In this document: positions 1 to 6,877 of the stretch, piece by piece | Position numbering within the stretch: position 1 is the stretch's first letter | Layout: each line of letters opens with the position of its first letter | Assembly: GCA_051294375.1 (NCBI GenBank) | Contig: CM119263.1 | Location: 27,974,774 to 27,981,909, forward strand | DNA from: Paraspadella gotoi | Taxonomy: Eukaryota; Animalia; Chaetognatha | Length of the DNA: 7,136 bases | Direction of reading: 5' to 3' | Notes under the pieces: model-generated | What the model saw: the letters and a program-made list of their open reading frames with translations, nothing else | Databases searched by the model: none | Told to the model about the DNA's origin: nothing | Made by a program: the position numbers and the translations under genes

Positions 1-402
1 CAGACGCCCGAGTTTTTCTTAAAGATTGTTTCCGATATAATAATAAGTAACCCTTAGAGCCGCAAGAATATCATTATATCTACCATTCAAACGGTGAAAA
101 GAACGAGTCTGCTAAAGTGAACTTAAAACGACGATACAGATAAATCCGAGATAAGTTAATATCTTGTTAGTATAAAAAAAACCACGTTAAGTTTAGCGAG
201 TGGGGGAACTTCACGACTTCCGTTTCATTTAGTGTGAATTAGTCGAGGGTTGCTAATCTAGTGAGAGACGGTCAAAGCCTTTAAATGATCAGTCAAGATC
301 TTTCGCGGTCAGGATGCGTGGGACGATCATTTGTATCCTCCTCTCCTAATGGGAACGAAGGCGGAGATCGGAGCGTGGGTGGGACTGAGACTCGGGATGG
401 AT

Positions 403-458
403 GAGAGGGTGGGGAGTTGAGGGGGTGGAGAGAGGGTGGGGGAGTTAGAAGGGGTGGA
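403..458 (+). repeat. G-rich ~28-bp tandem duplication (2 copies), G-quadruplex-prone
   Basis: GAGAGGGTGGGGAGTTGAGGGGGTGGA (403-429) is followed by GAGAGGGTGGGGGAGTTAGAAGGGGTGGA (430-458). Six runs of >=3 G fall within 407-454. Confidence 0.75.
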
Positions 459-587
459 GCCGTTGTTGAAGAACTTGTGTGGGTTGAGGGTGGATCTTCG
501 TCGGCGTCGGTCTCTCGAGGGCGGAGTCCGGAAATGACGCCGAGATTAGTTCGACGTCGAAAAGGCCGTCGAGAGTCTATCGAACGA

Positions 588-802
588 ATAACAACAACGA
601 CAACGATAAAAACGACGTAAAATCTATCATATCGACGCCATAATGCATACAAGGGAAACATAGAGACGATGAAGATGACGATATCAAAGACTATGACGTT
701 GAAGACGATGGCCACGACTATGGGAGGCCGAAGGTGGTGTCAAAATATGACGACGATGAGGACGACGACGATGACAGCGACGACGATGACAGCGACGACG
801 AT
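588..802 (+). repeat. Degenerate trinucleotide microsatellite (AAC grading into GAC/GAT), ending in a 15-bp GACAGCGACGACGAT unit at the gap
   Basis: (AAC)n at about 590-605, GACGAT/GAAGAT motifs at 665-720, and a purer GAC/GAT/AGC run at 749-802 that runs into the N gap at 803. Confidence 0.8.
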
Positions 803-1002
803 NNNNNNNNNNNNNNNNNNNNNNNNNNNNNNNNNNNNNNNNNNNNNNNNNNNNNNNNNNNNNNNNNNNNNNNNNNNNNNNNNNNNNNNNNNNNNNNNNN
901 NNNNNNNNNNNNNNNNNNNNNNNNNNNNNNNNNNNNNNNNNNNNNNNNNNNNNNNNNNNNNNNNNNNNNNNNNNNNNNNNNNNNNNNNNNNNNNNNNNNN
1001 NN
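803..1002. other. Assembly gap (200 N)
   Basis: Run of N that begins inside the GAC/GAT repeat. Confidence 0.99.
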
Positions 1003-1066
1003 AGAAAAAAAAGGAGAAAGATAAAAGCGAAGTGTTTTTTTTATAACCCCTTGTCGTGTGTAGAAG

Positions 1067-1305
1067 TTTAAACGTGTCACTGTTCATGTCACCGGAAAGT
1101 CACACGTCACACGTGACGTTTAATAGCAACTTATGATTTGTTTCCTAAGTACTTCGATTATCAAACTGACACTTTCACTGNNNNNNNNNNTTTAAACGTG
1201 TCACTGTTCATGTCACCGAAAAGTCACTCTTATACACGTGACGTTTAATACCAACTTATGATTTGTTTCCTAAGTACTTCGATTATCATACTGACACTTT
1301 CACTG
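1067..1305 (+). repeat. Direct duplication of ~114 bp (1067-1180 and 1191-1305) separated by a 10-N gap
   Basis: Both copies run TTTAAACGTGTCACTGTTCATGTCACC...CTGACACTTTCACTG. By my alignment they differ by 6 substitutions and 1 indel (~94% identity). Confidence 0.95.
1181..1190. other. Assembly gap (10 N, placeholder-sized)
   Basis: Run of exactly 10 N between two near-identical sequence copies. Confidence 0.99.
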
Positions 1306-1495
1306 TTACTAGTTCAGTTCTTCAGATATTTTTGCCTTTTTTTATGTTAATCCGCGAGAAGAGAAAAAAAGTACTATAGAGAGAGATAAACCAAGCAATG
1401 GAGAGAAAGCCAAAGCAGAGTTTGCTTTCAAAGGCACGCAGCCGGGCGAATCCATATCGAGGCGACCTCAACTGACGGAAGAAAATTGAATCACG

Positions 1496-1720
1496 AAAAA
1501 AAAAGATAAAAGAAAAAATAAGTAATAAAAGGAGAAGAAAAAAATAAAATAGAAAATAAGTTATAAAAATAGCGGATATAAGAAGAAGAAAAAGAAAAGG
1601 AAAAACGTTTCATTACCGACAGGAAATAATTATACTCAACGAATAAAAATTAATGGAAAAATAAGAAAAGGATCTTAAGTAAAAGTCAAGAAAAACAGGG
1701 CGAGCCTAAACAGAAAAGAA
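1496..1720 (+). repeat. A-rich low-complexity tract
   Basis: Dominated by A runs punctuated by G/T (AAAATAAG, GAAAAA). Confidence 0.75.
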
Positions 1721-1836
1721 ATTGAATTCTACCACTTTACATATTTAATTTTACCCCTGTTGTATTTTTAATCAGACTCTGGAAAAATTAAAAAAACAAT
1801 GATAATAATACCTTTTTATTCTCTATATTCTCATTT

Positions 1837-2127
1837 NNNNNNNNNNNNNNNNNNNNNNNNNNNNNNNNNNNNNNNNNNNNNNNNNNNNNNNNNNNNNNNN
1901 NNNNNNNNNNNNNNNNNNNNNNNNNNNNNNNNNNNNNNNNNNNNNNNNNNNNNNNNNNNNNNNNNNNNNNNNNNNNNNNNNNNNNNNNNNNNNNNNNNNN
2001 NNNNNNNNNNNNNNNNNNNNNNNNNNNNNNNNNNNNNNNNNNNNNNNNNNNNNNNNNNNNNNNNNNNNNNNNNNNNNNNNNNNNNNNNNNNNNNNNNNNN
2101 NNNNNNNNNNNNNNNNNNNNNNNNNNN
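1837..2127. other. Assembly gap (291 N)
   Basis: Run of N abutting the 20-bp minisatellite, which probably continues into it. Confidence 0.99.
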
Positions 2128-2294
2128 CATCACATTTTCCATTTCCCCATCACATTTTCCATTTCCCCATCATATTTTCCATTTTCCCATCACATTTTTC
2201 AGTTCCTCATCACATTTTCCATTTCCTCATCATATTTTCCATTTCCTCATCACATTTTCCATTTCCCCATCACATTTTCCATTTCCCATTTTCC
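2128..2294 (+). repeat. Minisatellite, 20-bp unit CATCACATTTTCCATTTCCC, 8 full copies plus a partial copy
   Basis: Units start at 2128, 2148, 2168, 2188, 2208, 2228, 2248 and 2268, with 0-3 substitutions each. There are no unique spacers. Confidence 0.97.
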
Positions 2295-2439
2295 ACGACA
2301 TTCACGACCAGACGTTTTTTTCTTGCAATTTTCTCTTTTTATTTGTTTTCTTCTGTTGGGACATTTGAGGTCGAGATCTGAGCGAGGTTGGTCGTCGCGA
2401 GACTCTTAAAACAAAACCGAGCAGAAAACATTCTCGTTA

Positions 2440-2655
2440 TGTTTCTTTCTGTTGCTTTATTACGTTTTTTCGTTGTTTTTTTTTTCTATATTTTTTTATC
2501 AAAAAGAAAACTCTTTTTTCTATTTTTTTTTCATTTTTCCATTTATTTCTTTTTCTCACATAATTTTCGTCTTCTTTTCTTATCTTTCTTTTAAATCTCT
2601 CTTTTTCCATTTTCTCACTCTTTTTCCCTTTTGTTTGTTTCTCTTTCGTGTTTGT
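2440..2655 (+). repeat. T-rich low-complexity tract
   Basis: Multiple T runs and TTTC motifs. It translates only to Phe- or Lys-rich spurious ORFs. Confidence 0.8.
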
Positions 2656-2767
2656 CAACAATAAACTTCGACTAAGCGCTTAGCCGACTTCTTTCCGTCC
2701 GAACGCCCTTCAAAGACTTCGCTTATGCGATGAGAGAAAGAAAAAAAAACTTATTCTCAAAAAGACC

Positions 2768-2829
2768 AAAAAAAAAAAGAAAAAAGAAAAGAAAAAAAAA
2801 GAAAAAAGAAAAAAGAAAGAAAATGAAAA
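2768..2829 (+). repeat. A-rich simple repeat (GAAAAAA-like)
   Basis: Almost pure A runs separated by single G. Confidence 0.85.
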
Positions 2830-3058
2830 CAGTTTTCGTGAAGACGGATAAGTTGTGAGATAACGATGTCATAAAGAATACACTAATAATTTAAGTATAC
2901 TATTTTGGGTTGAAATTAAGATTATCTTTTTAACTCTGTAAAAAGTTTATATATATGAAAACGACCGACCGACCTCCGTCAGAAAAATCGATATTCCGTT
3001 TCCAGCTTTGACCGCAAAATGCGATATAAATCTGTAATCCGATTCTTTTCAAATCACG

Positions 3059-3096
3059 CTTCGGCAAACTTCGGCAAACTTCGGCGAACTTCGGCA
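3059..3096 (+). repeat. 10-bp tandem repeat CTTCGGCRAA, ~3.8 copies
   Basis: CTTCGGC occurs at 3059, 3069, 3079 and 3089, with a further CTTCGG at 3104. Confidence 0.9.
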
Positions 3097-3206
3097 TTAA
3101 CGCCTTCGGTCTCCGCCTTAAACGAACTTCGTTAACCTGGATATCGATTTTCGTTGGGAATAAAAGTCTTTCGAGTTTCGTCGTCCCAGATATACTTTGT
3201 CATGCA

Positions 3207-3420
3207 CTCCTCCTCCTTTCTTTCTTCTCTTTTTCCTATCTTTCTTCTCTCCTCTCTTCTCTTTTCTTCTCTAATTTCATGCTTATATTTTTTATCTCAT
3301 CTTCCTCTCTTGTTTATCTTTTATTTTCCTCCCTTTTTTTCTTTTCCTATCTTTTCATCTCCGACTATCCTTTCCTTCCTTCTCTCCTCTTATTTCCTCC
3401 TCTAATTTTCCCCCTTCTCA
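3207..3420 (+). repeat. Polypyrimidine (CT-rich) low-complexity tract
   Basis: About 210 bp consisting almost entirely of C/T on the + strand. Confidence 0.85.
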
Positions 3421-3931
3421 GCTGGCTGCCTTCGCCCCCCCCCGCACCAGGGTTTGACCCAGATATCGATGACCCAAAGTCCCAAAAGTCACGTGATCAA
3501 GAATGGAAAACTAAAAGAGGGTTTGTTTGGTTGTTGTTGTTGTTATCGAGAAAAGCGAAATCGATCGAACTGAAAAGTAAAAAAAGTAGCATAACAAAAC
3601 AGAGAAGTGACACTAACAAAATATAAATGAAAATTTAACGGAAGTCCATAATCTTTTCGTTCAAAAGTTAGCCAAGAACATTTTTGCAAATATCAAATGA
3701 CATCGACGTTATACTTTATGTTACAAGGTTTAACTTTTAATTAGTTTCAGCGAAACAGTGATCACTGACCATTCGTTTATCGGTTTAGCTTTCCCTCTCA
3801 AAAGATCTTGAAACAGATTGCACAGTGATTTAGTGACCAGTCATACAGTAAATCGCCATCGACTAGACCGACTGACCGACCGAACTCGTGGGTTCGACGT
3901 CAAAATTAGATTTACGCGAATCGAGATTCGA

Positions 3932-4175
3932 NNNNNNNNNNNNNNNNNNNNNNNNNNNNNNNNNNNNNNNNNNNNNNNNNNNNNNNNNNNNNNNNNNNNN
4001 NNNNNNNNNNNNNNNNNNNNNNNNNNNNNNNNNNNNNNNNNNNNNNNNNNNNNNNNNNNNNNNNNNNNNNNNNNNNNNNNNNNNNNNNNNNNNNNNNNNN
4101 NNNNNNNNNNNNNNNNNNNNNNNNNNNNNNNNNNNNNNNNNNNNNNNNNNNNNNNNNNNNNNNNNNNNNNNNNNN
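3932..4175. other. Assembly gap (244 N)
   Basis: Run of N. Confidence 0.99.
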
Positions 4176-4357
4176 ATGTCGTTACCAAACCACATGCCAA
4201 AGCGACGATCACGGCTCAACTCGTCGTCGTTTATTAGTCTTGCCGATTTATCCCTCTTTTCATCTTTTCCGTAATCAAAAGGATTATTCGCGGTCCACGG
4301 CTTTAATCAGGCCAGGGTCTGGCCAGGCGTTTGGTTACGGCTTTTCCCGTTCGAGCC

Positions 4358-4677
4358 NNNNNNNNNNNNNNNNNNNNNNNNNNNNNNNNNNNNNNNNNNN
4401 NNNNNNNNNNNNNNNNNNNNNNNNNNNNNNNNNNNNNNNNNNNNNNNNNNNNNNNNNNNNNNNNNNNNNNNNNNNNNNNNNNNNNNNNNNNNNNNNNNNN
4501 NNNNNNNNNNNNNNNNNNNNNNNNNNNNNNNNNNNNNNNNNNNNNNNNNNNNNNNNNNNNNNNNNNNNNNNNNNNNNNNNNNNNNNNNNNNNNNNNNNNN
4601 NNNNNNNNNNNNNNNNNNNNNNNNNNNNNNNNNNNNNNNNNNNNNNNNNNNNNNNNNNNNNNNNNNNNNNNNNNNNN
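4358..4677. other. Assembly gap (320 N)
   Basis: Run of N. Confidence 0.99.
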
Positions 4678-4766
4678 GGGCGCCATAATGCATCATTCTG
4701 AATGTTGCGTGTTTACGATGCCGACGCAAGGATTTTTTTGCACCCATTTTTTTTTTGCAAAAAAAA

Positions 4767-5156
4767 NNNNNNNNNNNNNNNNNNNNNNNNNNNNNNNNNN
4801 NNNNNNNNNNNNNNNNNNNNNNNNNNNNNNNNNNNNNNNNNNNNNNNNNNNNNNNNNNNNNNNNNNNNNNNNNNNNNNNNNNNNNNNNNNNNNNNNNNNN
4901 NNNNNNNNNNNNNNNNNNNNNNNNNNNNNNNNNNNNNNNNNNNNNNNNNNNNNNNNNNNNNNNNNNNNNNNNNNNNNNNNNNNNNNNNNNNNNNNNNNNN
5001 NNNNNNNNNNNNNNNNNNNNNNNNNNNNNNNNNNNNNNNNNNNNNNNNNNNNNNNNNNNNNNNNNNNNNNNNNNNNNNNNNNNNNNNNNNNNNNNNNNNN
5101 NNNNNNNNNNNNNNNNNNNNNNNNNNNNNNNNNNNNNNNNNNNNNNNNNNNNNNNN
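4767..5156. other. Assembly gap (390 N)
   Basis: Run of N preceded by a T10-GC-A8 palindromic homopolymer. Confidence 0.99.
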
Positions 5157-5228
5157 ACTTTTTTTCCTTTCCTAAGCGATTTTTCCCTGACTCCAAAGTC
5201 TTTTGTCCGCGCGGTTATGACGTCCGAT

Positions 5229-5500
5229 GAAAGGAAGAGGGTGCGAGGGGGGAGAGAAGAAGAGGGGGAGGAAGAGGGGAGGAAGATGAGGAGGATGAAA
5301 AAAGGAAGAGGGGAATCAAAGAAGAGGAAGGTTAAAAGGAGGGAGAGAGGATAGAAGAAAGGATAGTCGAAGAAGGTAGGAAGAGCAAAGGAATAAAATG
5401 ATTGAATATAGGATATAAGAGAAAATACTAAAAAAAAAAGGATTCAAAGGTAGGAAAAGAAAAGAAAAGAAGGAAGGAGGAGAGAGAGGAGAAGAGAGAT
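5229..5500 (+). repeat. Polypurine (GA-rich) low-complexity tract
   Basis: About 270 bp, mostly G/A (GGAAGAG, GAAAA, GAGA). Confidence 0.85.
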
Positions 5501-5569
5501 TAGATGCAGTCCTGCTTTTATACTATGAAAAGAAGAAAGAGAAAAAACGAGACAAAGAACGTGAAACTG

Positions 5570-5579
5570 GTCACGTGAC
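5570..5579. promoter_or_regulatory. Perfect palindromic extended E-box GTCACGTGAC (CLEAR/USF/MiT-TFE-type motif)
   Basis: Exact 10-bp match to the known consensus. Function is not shown. Confidence 0.3.
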
Positions 5580-5666
5580 TTGGCTCGCTTATTCATCCCT
5601 TTAATTTTAATCTTTTTCCATCTAATTTAAAAAAGAGAATGAAAGTAATGAGAGAGGAGGATGAAA

Positions 5667-5759
5667 NNNNNNNNNNNNNNNNNNNNNNNNNNNNNNNNNN
5701 NNNNNNNNNNNNNNNNNNNNNNNNNNNNNNNNNNNNNNNNNNNNNNNNNNNNNNNNNNN
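5667..5759. other. Assembly gap (93 N)
   Basis: Run of N. Confidence 0.99.
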
Positions 5760-5910
5760 CCTCCAAGCGTCGACGTCCGCCGACCCGAATAAACATTGGC
5801 GGCGCTGGAATCGCGGTGCCCGGCATTCCCCGGCGTCGCTCGCCTCCTCGCGCGGCGCTCTGCGTCCCCCGGCGCTTTCCACTCGGCGTCCATAAATTAA
5901 GGCGCCGCTT
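5760..5910. promoter_or_regulatory. GC/CpG-rich island, candidate cis-regulatory element or short exon
   Basis: About 72% GC over 5761-5890 (93/130 by hand count) in an AT-rich background. It contains ATAAACA (5789), ATTGG (5795) and CCATAAATTAA (5890). Confidence 0.35.
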
Positions 5911-5948
5911 CTTTTCTCTTTTCCTTCAAATCAAGGGAGACATTTAGA

Positions 5949-5960
5949 CGCCCTCTGGTG
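5949..5960 (-). promoter_or_regulatory. CTCF-like core motif CACCAGAGGGCG
   Basis: The reverse complement of CGCCCTCTGGTG matches CASYAGRKGGCR at 12/12. Confidence 0.5.
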
Positions 5961-5994
5961 AAGAGAATCTCACCTCAACATGGCAGATGTTGGC

Positions 5995-6195
5995 GCTTTG
6001 TCACGTTAAAGCTTTAGAGCTCTGTCACGTTGAGACCCGAAGCTTTGAGACGTAGAACGGTCGAGGCAATGTCACACGGAAGTTGCTAGGCTCCGACACA
6101 GCTTGATGTCGAGGGCTCTGAGCCATGTCACTCTAATACGACGCAGCTCTGTCACAGCTTAACGTCGAAGGATAAGTGCTTTGTCACGCTTGAAA
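5995..6195 (+). repeat. Degenerate ~24-bp-period array with conserved GCTYTGTCAC core
   Basis: Cores at 5995, 6019, 6042, 6066, 6090, 6122, 6146 and 6178, with spacings of 24, 23, 24, 24, 32, 24 and 32. Confidence 0.75.
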
Positions 6196-6316
6196 GTCAA
6201 GAGAAGGTCCGAAACGTCAAGGGTTTTTTTTTCTCGCTAAAAAGAAGCGTAAATACGTGACTGGCTTCATCCTCGCCTCCCGGAACGTTTTATTTAACTC
6301 TGTCGCTCGTTTCGCG

Positions 6317-6342
6317 TTGTCGTTGTTGTTGTTGTTGCTGTT
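6317..6342 (+). repeat. (TTG)n microsatellite, imperfect
   Basis: TTGTCGTTGTTGTTGTTGTTGCTGTT. A shorter (TTG)n lies at 3531-3544. Confidence 0.85.
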
Positions 6343-6497
6343 ATCTTTTCGGTATTATTTGCCCAAGCGATCAAAGTCTTCTTTCCCTTTTAATCTTGTC
6401 AAAAAAAATGTTACAACTGTTGCTTTGTTCTTTATTTTATTTGTTTTCTTCAGCTGCCGTTTTTTGTTTTTGTTTTTAAATTTTTATCCGTTATCAG

Positions 6498-6541
6498 NNN
6501 NNNNNNNNNNNNNNNNNNNNNNNNNNNNNNNNNNNNNNNNN
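6498..6541. other. Assembly gap (44 N)
   Basis: Run of N. Confidence 0.99.
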
Positions 6542-6792
6542 CTTTTTCATGATCAAATTTTATTTTTTTTAATTTGATCGGAAGATTCTTTTTTTTAATT
6601 TTCAAACAAAAACGTGGATATAAAATTAAACAATGTGTTTCTTTGTTTCGGTTTCTCGTCTCGACTCTTGCCTTGAAGATCATGAAAATGCTTCTACTTA
6701 TAAGTAGAAGAATCTTACTGTTTATTACGCTAAGCTATTACATTATGACGAGATACCACGTCACTTTTGCAATAATTGTATTCTCAACTAAG

Positions 6793-6804
6793 CACCAGAT
6801 GGCG
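6793..6804 (+). promoter_or_regulatory. CTCF-like core motif CACCAGATGGCG
   Basis: Matches CASYAGRKGGCR at 12/12 and also contains the E-box CAGATG. Confidence 0.5.
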
Positions 6805-6865
6805 TAACTGTTAACATCGAGTTCCTAGGTAAATAAACGATTGAAAAAAAAACAAGAAAAAAAAA

Positions 6866-6877
6866 CAGCAGGTGGCA
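6866..6877 (+). promoter_or_regulatory. CTCF-like core motif CAGCAGGTGGCA
   Basis: Matches CASYAGRKGGCR at 12/12 and also contains the E-box CAGGTG. Confidence 0.45.

Noticed and set aside
293-715. Minus-strand 140-aa ORF and overlapping plus-strand ORFs at 417-620 and 669-1046
   Set aside because: The Pro/Ser, Val/Ile and Thr/Met-rich translations simply reflect the G-rich duplication and trinucleotide repeats. No recognisable domain is present.
2128-2294. Minisatellite as a CRISPR array or telomeric repeat
   Set aside because: The units are contiguous with no unique spacers, there are no cas genes, and the unit matches no telomere repeat I recognise.
3059-3133. Repeated cUUCGg as stable tetraloop hairpins of a structured RNA
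   Set aside because: The flanking bases give stems of only 1-2 bp, so this is a simple tandem repeat.
2388-3626. Phe/Leu/Ser- or Lys-rich ORFs that resemble membrane or basic proteins
   Set aside because: These are translations of T-rich, CT-rich and A-rich low-complexity DNA. The same applies to the ORFs at 6257-7126, which have no supporting features.
3881-3931. GGTTCGA B-box-like motif with small hairpins (tRNA or SINE head)
   Set aside because: The match to GGTTCGANTCC is incomplete, there is no A-box or cloverleaf upstream, and the sequence is cut by a gap.
636-4693. 13-bp word CGCCATAATGCAT shared by 636-648 and 4681-4693
   Set aside because: One 13-mer match is plausible by chance in ~5.5 kb (roughly 0.2-0.5 expected), and the flanks do not extend the match.
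4749-4766. Perfect 18-bp palindrome T8-GC-A8; also TTCGACGTCGAA at 550-561 and a 6-bp stem at 4310-4324
   Set aside because: These are homopolymer-driven or short palindromes with no terminator or transposon-end context.
3818-5354. Long ORFs of 118-299 aa in the ORF track
   Set aside because: Their length comes from N-runs translated as X. The called portions are short and unrecognisable.
5957-5992. Two adjacent small hairpins (GGTG...CACC and CAACAT...ATGTTG)
   Set aside because: The stems are too short to support an ncRNA call, and there are no snoRNA box motifs or miRNA-length hairpin.
5995-6195. Repeat-spacer pattern as a CRISPR-like array
   Set aside because: The core is only 10 bp and degenerate, the spacers are 13-22 nt and partly homologous to each other, the context is eukaryote-like, and no cas genes are present.
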